From Patescibacteria group bacterium (GTDB lineage: Bacteria > Patescibacteriota > Patescibacteriia > Patescibacteriales > UBA12465): a DNA stretch of 64,000 bases. This document shows positions 8,781-16,757 of this stretch, in pieces. Every line of letters begins with the position of its first letter. The first letter of the stretch is position 1. Position numbers and translations under genes: made by a program. A model generated the notes under the pieces. The model was not told the origin of the DNA. It worked only from the letters and a program-made list of their open reading frames with translations, and made no database searches. The stretch spans positions 15,695 through 79,694 of the forward strand of contig JAQUWT010000001.1 of the NCBI GenBank assembly GCA_028692765.1, written 5' to 3'.

Positions 8781-8808
8781 AAAACTCCTTTTTGGAGTTT
8801 TTATTTTT
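8781..8808 (+). terminator. Rho-independent terminator after tRNA-Tyr
   Basis: aaaactcc-tttt-ggagtttt followed by a T-run. Confidence 0.7.
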
Positions 8809-8940
8809 CTCTTTTTCTGCTATAATCTTCTTATATGCCTTTAATCGACCCTGATAAAATCGGTTGGAGTTTGACCAAGATTTTTGCCGTGGAACTTTTT
8901 TCGCTGGCCATTATTTTATCCTTGGTCTTTATTTTATAAT

Positions 8941-9822
8941 ATGCCGGAATTACCCGAAGTGGAAACCGTGCGCCGGGATTTGCAAAAATATATTGTCGGC
9001 GCCAGTTTCCAGAGTGTAAAAATTATCGATTTTAAGAATGTCGCTCCCGGGGCGGCTTTTTTGGCTAAGTTTTTGCCCGGCAAGAAAGTGGTGGCGGTCA
9101 GGCGCCGGGGCAAGCTGCTTATTTTGGATTTGGCGGGTACGGACGAATATCTGCTCCTGCATCTGAAGATGACCGGCCAGCTTATCTTTATCGGCGGCAA
9201 TAAAAAGATGGCCGGCGGGCACAGTTTGTCGGATGCTTCCTTTGCGGCGGCGGTCGGCGGGGAATTGCCGAATAAATTTACCCGCGCTTATTTTGAATTT
9301 GATAACGGCGGCCGCCTGTTTTTCAATGATTTGCGTAAATTCGGTTACATAAAATTAGTTGACGGAAAGTCTTTAGATAAGATTCTGGCGGATAATTACG
9401 GACCGGAGCCCTTAGATAAAGATTTGGATTTTCATTATTTGCAGGCGATGGTTGCCAAGAGACAGGCGCCGATTAAGGCGGTGATTCTCAATCAGAAGCT
9501 TATCGCCGGCCTAGGCAATATCTACGCCGATGAATCTCTATTTATCGCCGGCATTAAGCCCAACCGGTCGGCTAGCAGTCTAAAATCAGCGGAAATAGAG
9601 AAGCTGCAAGCGGCGATGAGAGATATCATCAAGCGGGCGATTAAAGCTAGAGGCACGACTTTTCGCAATTTTGTTGATGGACAAGGGAAGAAAGGCAATT
9701 TTGTGGCGCAATTGCAGGTCTATCAGCGCCAGGGCCAGGCCTGTCCGCAATGCGGCCGTAATTTACAGAAGATGAAAGTAGCCGGCCGTGGTACCCATTA
9801 TTGCCAATATTGTCAAAAATAA
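8941..9822 (+). CDS. mutM: Formamidopyrimidine-DNA glycosylase (Fpg/MutM)
   Basis: N-terminal MPELPEVETVRRDL (catalytic P2/E3), H2TH region, and a C-terminal zinc finger CPQCG..THYCQYCQ. The ORF-track start at 8884 is an upstream alternative-start extension. Confidence 0.9.
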   Translation: MPELPEVETVRRDLQKYIVGASFQSVKIIDFKNVAPGAAFLAKFLPGKKVVAVRRRGKLLILDLAGTDEYLLLHLKMTGQLIFIGGNKKMAGGHSLSDASFAAAVGGELPNKFTRAYFEFDNGGRLFFNDLRKFGYIKLVDGKSLDKILADNYGPEPLDKDLDFHYLQAMVAKRQAPIKAVILNQKLIAGLGNIYADESLFIAGIKPNRSASSLKSAEIEKLQAAMRDIIKRAIKARGTTFRNFVDGQGKKGNFVAQLQVYQRQGQACPQCGRNLQKMKVAGRGTHYCQYCQK

Positions 9823-9967
9823 GGATTTTTACTCTATTTATAGCCAATCATTTGACTTTTATCCTGTTTTTATCTATTGTATTAGGGTAATTAATTTCTA
9901 AGCGTGAACGGCTGACCCGCGTGTTCAAGATTTTCAAGAATCGCGCTCCGCTCGTTTTTTCCTTACT

Positions 9968-10123
9968 ATGTCCCAGGACAACATGATTAAACTTGAATGC
10001 ACCGAGTGCAAGACCGTCAATTATTTTTCCCGCAAGAACAAGAAGACCTTGAAGGAAAGATTGGAAATGATGAAGTATTGCGATACCTGCAAAAAGCACA
10101 CTCTGCACAAGGAAACAAAATAA
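9968..10123 (+). CDS. rpmG: 50S ribosomal protein L33 (51 aa); absent from the ORF track, presumably because of its short length
   Basis: Translation [51 protein letters not shown] shows the L33 CxxC...CxxC zinc ribbon and the KHTLHKE signature. Confidence 0.85.
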   Translation: MSQDNMIKLECTECKTVNYFSRKNKKTLKERLEMMKYCDTCKKHTLHKETK

Positions 10124-10135
10124 ATTTTTTCCGGC

Positions 10136-10200
10136 CGCTTTTTGCGGCTCGGTTTTTATAAACTTGGTTTTTATTCCGGCCGCTTCGGCGGCCGCCCCAT
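10136..10200 (+). repeat. Two tandem GC-rich stem-loops sharing the core ttccggccgct (terminator/attenuator-like)
   Basis: ccggccgc-ttttt-gcggctcgg followed by tttttat, then ccggccgc-ttcg-gcggccgc immediately before the next start codon. Confidence 0.5.
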
Positions 10201-10206
10201 GCAATT

Positions 10207-11385
10207 ATGACTAAAAGCCTGACTAAGCCTTTCCTGCTAATCCTTTTGGGATTGGTGCTGGTGGGTTGCTATTTCGTTTTTCGCCCCTTTTTAACGGAAA
10301 TTCTGGTGGCCGCTATTTTGGCTTCCATTTTTTATACCCCATATCTTAAATTGACCAAATTTTTAAAAGGGCGCCAAAATCTGGCCGCCCTTTTAATGTG
10401 TCTTTTTTTGGTGATGCTGATTATCATTCCGACGGTGCGCCTGGTTATCTATGCCGGCCAGCAGTCGGTGACCGCTTATGCGCAGGCAGTTAACTTCTTC
10501 AATAGCCACAGTATTAACGGCGTGATTCAGCCCAGTGCCTTGCCGGAAAAGCTGTTTGGCACTATTAATCTTGCCCAGTATTATGACAACCAGACTTTCA
10601 AGAATCTATTCTTAGATATTTTAAAGCAATCAAGCAATTGGTTGTTATCGGGCGCAACGATGCTGGTAAAAGGCACGACTAATTTTATTGTTTCCTTGTT
10701 CGTGATTATCATTACCATGTTCTTCTTTTTTGTCGACGGCAAGAAGATGTTGGAGCGCTTGATGTATCTTTCTCCTCTGCCCAATGTCTATGACCGGGAA
10801 ATTTTTCAAAAGTTTAGGACTGTTAGCTACACCACCATTTTATCTACCTTCGTGACCGCTTCGGCGCAGGGCCTGGTCGGAGCCATCGGTTTCGCTATTG
10901 TCGGCTTTCCCGCTTTCTTGGCCGGCGTTATTGTCGCTCTCTTGTCGCTTCTGCCTTATCTCGGTTCCATGATTTTCTATGTGCCGGTCGGCCTGTACTA
11001 TCTTTTGGTAGGCAAGATTTGGCAGGGTATCTTTATTCTCCTCTGGGGTGCGATTGTCATCGGCAATATCGACAATATTATCCGCGCCTATATGATAAAA
11101 GGCAAGGCGCAGGTGAATCCGATTTTTGTGGTCTTTTCCATTCTGGGCGGCATCGTGCTCTTCGGTTTCTGGGGCGTCGTCCTCGGTCCGCTGATTATTG
11201 CTATTGCCGTCACCATTTTCCATATCTATGAGTTGGAATTCTGTGATTCGCTTGACGGCGGCTGCAATGCCGAGACCAGAGAGGTAAAAATTGCTGAAAA
11301 GAAGGTTAGGGAAGAGCGGGAGGAAGAAGCAGAAAAAGAGAAAAAAAGACATAAGGAGACTTTGAAAAAATTGGGACGAAGATAA
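10207..11385 (+). CDS. AI-2E family transporter (PerM/UPF0118-like permease) with a Lys/Glu-rich C-terminal tail
   Basis: About 8 TM helices with an arrangement typical of AI-2E/PerM permeases. C-terminal tail KKVREEREEEAEKEKKRHK. Confidence 0.6.
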   Translation: MTKSLTKPFLLILLGLVLVGCYFVFRPFLTEILVAAILASIFYTPYLKLTKFLKGRQNLAALLMCLFLVMLIIIPTVRLVIYAGQQSVTAYAQAVNFFNSHSINGVIQPSALPEKLFGTINLAQYYDNQTFKNLFLDILKQSSNWLLSGATMLVKGTTNFIVSLFVIIITMFFFFVDGKKMLERLMYLSPLPNVYDREIFQKFRTVSYTTILSTFVTASAQGLVGAIGFAIVGFPAFLAGVIVALLSLLPYLGSMIFYVPVGLYYLLVGKIWQGIFILLWGAIVIGNIDNIIRAYMIKGKAQVNPIFVVFSILGGIVLFGFWGVVLGPLIIAIAVTIFHIYELEFCDSLDGGCNAETREVKIAEKKVREEREEEAEKEKKRHKETLKKLGRR

Positions 11386-11399
11386 TTAAGATTAATAAT

Positions 11400-11930
11400 A
11401 TGCTGGGAGAAAAAACTAAAAAGAATTTAGAAACTGCTTTTGCCGGTGAATCGATGGCGCGCAATAAGTATGATTATTTCGCCTCCGTTGCCCGCAAGGC
11501 CGGTTATGTCCAGATTGCTAATATTTTTACTGAAAGCGCTTTAAACGAAAAAGAGCACGCCAAGCTCTGGGCGAAGCAATTGGAATTAATTAGCGAAGAT
11601 ACCCTGAAGAATCTGGCCGAAGCGGTTAAGGGCGAAACTTATGAATATTCGGAAATGTATCAGCAGATGGCGGCCGATGCCGCCGAAGAGGGGCATCATG
11701 AATTAGCGGCTTTATTCCGCAATGTCGCCAAAGCGGAACAGGCGCATGCCGCCCGTTATCAGAAATTGCATGATAATTTGGAGCAGGGAGAAGTGTTTAA
11801 GAAAAAGGAAGTGAAGCGGTGGAAATGTAATAATTGCGGCTATATCCATGAAGGCACGGAAGCGCCGGAGAAGTGTCCCTCTTGCCAGCATCCGCAAGCG
11901 CATTTTGAAATCTTTGTAGAAACTTATTAA
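11400..11930 (+). CDS. rbr: Rubrerythrin
   Basis: Ferritin-like diiron domain (E..EH pairs) plus a C-terminal rubredoxin-like CNNCGY...CPSC. Confidence 0.9.
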   Translation: MLGEKTKKNLETAFAGESMARNKYDYFASVARKAGYVQIANIFTESALNEKEHAKLWAKQLELISEDTLKNLAEAVKGETYEYSEMYQQMAADAAEEGHHELAALFRNVAKAEQAHAARYQKLHDNLEQGEVFKKKEVKRWKCNNCGYIHEGTEAPEKCPSCQHPQAHFEIFVETY

Positions 11931-11940
11931 TTTTAACTAT

Positions 11941-12081
11941 ATGAGTGATAGAGTGGATAAAACTTATTTTTGCCGGACTTGCGGCAATGAGGTCAAGTTC
12001 GTTAAAGACGGCGGCGGCCAGTTGATTTGTTGCGGCCACCCGATGGAAATTAGGAAGCCGGGCTTTGACGGGGAAGAATAG
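11941..12081 (+). CDS. Desulforedoxin-type small iron protein (46 aa); absent from the ORF track
   Basis: Translation MSDRVDKTYFCRTCGNEVKFVKDGGGQLICCGHPMEIRKPGFDGEE carries the desulforedoxin signature CxxCGN...CCG. It sits directly downstream of rubrerythrin. Confidence 0.7.
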   Translation: MSDRVDKTYFCRTCGNEVKFVKDGGGQLICCGHPMEIRKPGFDGEE

Positions 12082-12104
12082 GCTTTTGTTTGATAGATGA
12101 TAAT

Positions 12105-12130
12105 AAAACCGCCAAACCGGCGGTTTTATT
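12105..12130 (+). terminator. Rho-independent terminator
   Basis: accgcc-aaacc-ggcggt followed by tttatt. Confidence 0.7.
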
Positions 12131-12283
12131 GGTTCTTTGGCGAAGGGATATTTGTAAAAATCAATTTTCTGTGTATAATAAACCGCATACTGAAAGAGTG
12201 CTTGTCAATTAGATATAAAGATAGTAAGATATTAAAAGAAATTTTTTATTTTTATCAAAAGATTGCGGATTTTAGTTAAAATT

Positions 12284-12354
12284 GCGGGATTGGTGTAGTG
12301 GTAACATGCGACTCTCCAAAAGTTGAGACGGGGGTTCGATTCCCTCATCCCGTG
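12284..12354 (+). tRNA. tRNA-Trp (anticodon CCA), CCA not encoded
   Basis: Acceptor GCGGGAT/ATCCCGT, anticodon stem CGACT/AGTTG with loop CTCCAAA, T-arm GGGGGTTCGATTCCCTC. Preceded by a promoter-like TTGTAA-16-TATAAT near 12150-12185. Confidence 0.8.
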
Positions 12355-12357
12355 CGT
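12343..12357 (+). repeat. attL-like copy of a 15-nt direct repeat (cctcatcccgtgcgt) covering the last 12 nt of tRNA-Trp plus 3 nt
   Basis: Identical 15-mer found again at 20389-20403. Confidence 0.7.
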
Positions 12358-12542
12358 GGACATTTCTGTGTAAAATGACCCGAAAACCGAGCATTTTTGA
12401 GTTCTAAACCCACAAAGGTGCTAGTCACCTTGGTGGGAATCGGAACAGCACAGAAAGCAATATTCTAGCAAAAGCACCTCGAAGGGGGTGTTTTTGCTAT
12501 GGGAACGGAGATTAAAATATGGTATTATAATATTGTAATATT

Positions 12543-13325
12543 ATGCCAAATTTTAATGATTTAAATTTAGAAAACTGGAAAGATTCTGATATCTGGACAG
12601 ATAGCCTTTGGATTATTCAGGAACGTGATAAATCGGGGAAACACGATGGTTTTTATCATGGAAATTTTGTGCCACAGATTCCTCGTCAACTTATAAAAAG
12701 ATATACCAAAGAGGGGGATGTCGTTTTTGATCCATTTTTAGGAAGTGGCACAACTGCTTATGAATGCGAAACTCTAAAAAGACATTTTATTGGGATTGAA
12801 ATACAGCCTAGTTTAGTAAGGCACGTTCAAACAAAGCTGGACAGTAAGAAAAATTTTTTTGAGATCTTGGCGGCTGATAGTACTGAGGAAAAAACATTTA
12901 TTAAGGTTAGTGAATCGCTAAAAAAGCATCGTCGCACTAAAGTCCAATTGGCAATACTGCACCCGCCATATGCCAACATAATTAAATTTAGCGATAATAA
13001 GAAAGATTTATCAAATGCCAAGGATTTAAGGCAGTTTCTTGACGAATTTTCAAGTGTAGTTAAAAATACTTTAACCATCCTAGAAAAGGGAAGGTATATG
13101 GCTATTGTTATGGGTGATAAATATGAACAGGGTAAGTGGATTCCTTTAGGATTTTATTGTATGAATGAAGCTTATAAGCTTGGATTAACTTTAAAGAGTG
13201 TTATAGTTAAGAATATGGAAGGCAACAGAGCAAAGCAGAATAAAGAGGGTATTTGGCGTTATAGAGCCCTGGCAAGTGATTATTATATTTTTAAACACGA
13301 ATATATATTAATTTTCAAATATTAG
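12543..13325 (+). CDS. DNA methyltransferase (N6-adenine/N4-cytosine amino-MTase), permuted motif order
   Basis: HGNFVPQIPRQLIKRYTKEGDVVFDPFLGSGTT matches the beta-class HPAxFP...DPFxGSGTT SAM-binding block, but here it is N-terminal. The PPY-type motif (LAILHPPYANI) lies downstream. AT-rich. Confidence 0.7.
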   Translation: MPNFNDLNLENWKDSDIWTDSLWIIQERDKSGKHDGFYHGNFVPQIPRQLIKRYTKEGDVVFDPFLGSGTTAYECETLKRHFIGIEIQPSLVRHVQTKLDSKKNFFEILAADSTEEKTFIKVSESLKKHRRTKVQLAILHPPYANIIKFSDNKKDLSNAKDLRQFLDEFSSVVKNTLTILEKGRYMAIVMGDKYEQGKWIPLGFYCMNEAYKLGLTLKSVIVKNMEGNRAKQNKEGIWRYRALASDYYIFKHEYILIFKY

Positions 13326-13326
13326 T

Positions 13327-14007
13327 ATGACAAATAATGAATTATTTCTAGAACTTGCGAAACCAAACAAAGACGGAGTAAGTCGTTGGGTTCCAGTTTC
13401 AGAATTTATTGGTAAATATAAAAAACTTCAGCTCGGAAATGGTGGAAGTTGGTGTCGAGCTAGCTCGAGTTTGGCGAAGAAATATATCGTTGAATTTGAT
13501 AAAAGCAAAACGGCCGGAAATTCAATCGATAGAGTTCGCTTAATTGGTTTTAATAAAAAAAAGATATTAAACCAAAATATTAGAAAGGATATAAAAGATT
13601 TTTATAAAGTGCAAAATTGTGTAATGCTTGGGGTTAATGGTAGCTCTGAGAATACAAAAATTGAAATTGATCATAAAGACGGTAGAAAAGAAGATCATAG
13701 ACTTTCAAATTTATCAGAACAACAAATCACTGATTTTCAGCCACTTTCAAAAGCGGCAAATGATATTAAAAGACAGATTTGTAAAAGATGTAAGGAAACC
13801 AATAAGCGTTGGAATGCTAAAAACATCAAGGGGAATCCATTTGATTTTTACGCAGGAGACGAAAATTATTCTGAAGAATTAGGATGCAAAGGTTGTTACC
13901 AGTATGATCCGGTGGAGTATAGGAAAGTTGTGGTTAGAAAGGTTGGCGAACTATCAGCCAGGGAAGCAGTTGATAAAGTTTTTAAAAAATTATATCCAGA
14001 AGGATAA
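13327..14007 (+). CDS. HNH-family endonuclease, putative cognate restriction enzyme
   Basis: EIDHKDGRKEDHRLSNL...ICKRCKETNKRWN matches the HNH pattern D-H...N...N-L...C-x2-C...N. One-nt gap after the MTase stop, so translationally coupled. Confidence 0.5.
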   Translation: MTNNELFLELAKPNKDGVSRWVPVSEFIGKYKKLQLGNGGSWCRASSSLAKKYIVEFDKSKTAGNSIDRVRLIGFNKKKILNQNIRKDIKDFYKVQNCVMLGVNGSSENTKIEIDHKDGRKEDHRLSNLSEQQITDFQPLSKAANDIKRQICKRCKETNKRWNAKNIKGNPFDFYAGDENYSEELGCKGCYQYDPVEYRKVVVRKVGELSAREAVDKVFKKLYPEG

Positions 14008-14016
14008 TGATAAAGT

Positions 14017-15699
14017 ATGAATAACTCTCCTCAAAAATCTGCAATAAATTCTCAAATTAACGATTTGATTAGTTTGAAATATTTAGGTTTAAATAAAGGA
14101 TTGCAAAGAGGTGCGGCATTTAACGAATTATCTGCCTCAATAATATGCGAGTCTGATATTCAGTCTGAAGACATTGTGGATGGTGATGATGACAATGGTC
14201 TCGATGTTGTTTTTATAAACTCTAATGACCAGGGAATTTTTATAAACATATTAAATTGTAAATCATCAGAAACTGAAAAATTTTCCGAGGTTGAGTTGGG
14301 TAAAATTAAAAATGGTTTATTTTATACATTTGAGGCTGATAAAAAAAAATATAAAAAACTAGAAAATCAAAACCTTTTAGCAAAAATAGAAGAAATAAGA
14401 GAAGACAAAGAAAATATCGTGGAGGTTAACTGTTTTTATTGTGCTTTTAGCGGTGATAATAATAAAGATAAAAAAATAAAAAGAGAAGTGGAGGAAATTC
14501 AAAATTATTTTAGCGAATATTTTAAAACAGTTTATCCAAATGCAAAATTTAATTTAAGTTTAATAAATGCAGAAGATTTATTCTACATAGATGCTCAGAG
14601 AAAACAGAGCCTTAGAAATGAAAAAATTTCTATACCGTATTATGGTGATAAAGTTATTTCAAATGAAGTAGAAACAGAAAAAATTGATGGAAGATTAGCA
14701 ACAGTAAGAGGAGAGGAAATTGCAAAGTTGGTTGAAAAATACGGAGAGTCTTTATTTGAAAAAAATGTTAGAGGTTGGATGAGCTTCAGAAAATATAATA
14801 AAGATATTTTATATTCCTGTTCCTCTGATAATGAATCGGAGCTTTTTTGGTTTTTAAATAATGGATTAACTATAGTATGTGATAAATGTGTTCCAGAGCC
14901 AGATAAGAAAATTTTAAAGTTAACAGCACCACAAATAATCAACGGACAACAAACCGCCAGAGTTTTAGAAAAAGCTTATAAGGATGGTATTTTAAAAGAA
15001 AATGTTAAAGTTTTATTAAAAATTTATGTAACTACTGCTCCTGATATAATAATTAAAGTTGCGAAAGCGACAAATAGCCAGCTTGTAGTCAAATCTCGCG
15101 ACTTAGTTTCTAATAATACTGAACAACTAGCTATTCAAAATGAATTTATAAGAAATAAATATGGTTATGAGAGACAGCGTGGTGAAAAAAAATCTAAGAC
15201 TGCTGACATAAAAGAAAATTTTAATAATTTTTTTGTAGCTCAATCAGTTCTATCTACTTTATTTGGGCAACCAAGCTTTGCAAAGAAAAAACAGGAGGAT
15301 AAGATTTTTGGAGAACCAAATTATTCCAAGATATTTAGAAATAATTCTGTGGATGAAATATTGACGGTTACTTTGTTGTGTAATTTCTGTTTAGGTGAAG
15401 GGCTTAAGCTGGAAAGAAAAAATATATCTGATCAAATAAAGTATTTTGCCTTTTTTCATATTGCCAGAATAATATGGTTTAATCTAAAAAATAAGGAAAA
15501 AATGAAAAATGATGAAATAATATCAATTATTCAAAATCATAAAAACAAGAAAAAATTAAATAATATATACACTAAAGCTTCTAATATATTATTAGGTGTA
15601 TATAAAAAATATAATAAGAAAGAAAAAATTATAAGTATTGGGCATTTGTTTTCTAGGTTGGAAGTTGATAAAGATATAAATAAATTATTATTTAAATGA
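14017..15699 (+). CDS. Large (560 aa) AIPR-like abortive-infection/defence protein
   Basis: Central IINGQQT motif, as I recall from AIPR proteins, which are often embedded in R-M operons; it is also distantly like the DGQQR motif of ParB/DUF262. K/N-rich, about 28% GC. Assignment is from memory only. Confidence 0.4.
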   Translation: MNNSPQKSAINSQINDLISLKYLGLNKGLQRGAAFNELSASIICESDIQSEDIVDGDDDNGLDVVFINSNDQGIFINILNCKSSETEKFSEVELGKIKNGLFYTFEADKKKYKKLENQNLLAKIEEIREDKENIVEVNCFYCAFSGDNNKDKKIKREVEEIQNYFSEYFKTVYPNAKFNLSLINAEDLFYIDAQRKQSLRNEKISIPYYGDKVISNEVETEKIDGRLATVRGEEIAKLVEKYGESLFEKNVRGWMSFRKYNKDILYSCSSDNESELFWFLNNGLTIVCDKCVPEPDKKILKLTAPQIINGQQTARVLEKAYKDGILKENVKVLLKIYVTTAPDIIIKVAKATNSQLVVKSRDLVSNNTEQLAIQNEFIRNKYGYERQRGEKKSKTADIKENFNNFFVAQSVLSTLFGQPSFAKKKQEDKIFGEPNYSKIFRNNSVDEILTVTLLCNFCLGEGLKLERKNISDQIKYFAFFHIARIIWFNLKNKEKMKNDEIISIIQNHKNKKKLNNIYTKASNILLGVYKKYNKKEKIISIGHLFSRLEVDKDINKLLFK

Positions 15700-16757
15700 A
15701 TTACATAGGAAGTAAATTATCATTATTGGAGTTTTTAGAGGAATCAATTAATAAAGTAGTTAAAAAAGACTGCAATGTTTTTTGTGATCTTTTTGCTGGA
15801 ACGGGGGCGGTCGGGTCATATTTTAAAAGAAAAGGATATAAAGTTATATCTAATGATATCCAATATTATAGCTATGTTTTAAATAGACACTATATTAAAA
15901 ATCATCAACCACTTGAATTTAAAAAATTATTTGATGTTGTTAATGGCTTAGAAAAATCATCCGTTTCTGATAGAAGTATTTTAGTCGTAGAGTATTTGAA
16001 TAATTTAAAAGGTCAAAAGGGATTTATTTTTAATAATTATTGTTTGGGTGGAACTAAAAATAAAGCAGAACAAAGAATGTATTTTTCTGATGAAAATGGG
16101 GCTAAATGTGATGCAATTAGAAAAAAAATAGAGGAATGGAATAGTGCTAGTTTAATTAATGGAAATGAATATTACTTTTTGTTAGCCAGTTTAGTTGAGT
16201 CAATAGATAAATATGCAAATACAGCTTCAGTTTATGGAGCATTTCTTAAGCAACTAAAGAAATCAGCTCAAAAATTAATGGTGCTTCAACCGGCGGAGTT
16301 AATTATTAATGAACAAGACCATGAGGTATACAATGAAGATATTAATTCTGTTATCGGAAAAATAAAGGGTGATATTCTTTACTTAGATCCGCCGTATAAT
16401 CAAAGGCAGTATGCAACCAACTATCATGTATTAGAGACTATAGCCAAATATGACAAGCCCAAAGTGCATGGCAAAACTGGGCTAAGAGATTATTCTAAAC
16501 AAAAATCCTTATATTGTTCAAGAAATCAAGTTAAAAAATCATTTAAAGATTTGATTGATAACGCGAAAGTTAAATATATATTTTTAAGCTATAATAACGA
16601 GGGGCTGATGAGCGCTGATGATATTAAAGAAATTATGGGCGCGCGCGGTAAGTATGGTGTTTTCACGAAAGAATATTCTAGATTTAAAGCTGACAAGAAT
16701 AGAGAATATAAGGCTGAAAAAACCGTTGAATATTTACATTATGTAGTATGCCGTTAA
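15696..16757 (+). CDS. Dam-like (MT-A70/D12 alpha-class) N6-adenine DNA methyltransferase
   Basis: MNYIGSKLSLL (Dam/MboI-type N-terminus), motif I DLFAGTGAV, motif IV LYLDPPY. ATGA overlap with the upstream gene. Confidence 0.85.
   Translation: MNYIGSKLSLLEFLEESINKVVKKDCNVFCDLFAGTGAVGSYFKRKGYKVISNDIQYYSYVLNRHYIKNHQPLEFKKLFDVVNGLEKSSVSDRSILVVEYLNNLKGQKGFIFNNYCLGGTKNKAEQRMYFSDENGAKCDAIRKKIEEWNSASLINGNEYYFLLASLVESIDKYANTASVYGAFLKQLKKSAQKLMVLQPAELIINEQDHEVYNEDINSVIGKIKGDILYLDPPYNQRQYATNYHVLETIAKYDKPKVHGKTGLRDYSKQKSLYCSRNQVKKSFKDLIDNAKVKYIFLSYNNEGLMSADDIKEIMGARGKYGVFTKEYSRFKADKNREYKAEKTVEYLHYVVCR

Noticed and set aside
9848-10204. 118-aa minus-strand ORF
   Set aside because: It lies entirely antisense to a clear rpmG (L33) gene on the + strand and has no conserved features.
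10840-11352. 170-aa minus-strand ORF
   Set aside because: It is antisense within the AI-2E transporter gene. Its acidic low-complexity translation is a mirror artefact of the K/E-rich tail.
12261-12292. Short 5' duplication attgcggat / attgcgggat just upstream of tRNA-Trp
   Set aside because: The match is only 9-10 nt and imperfect. It is probably a promoter-proximal coincidence rather than a second att copy; the convincing repeat is the 3' one.
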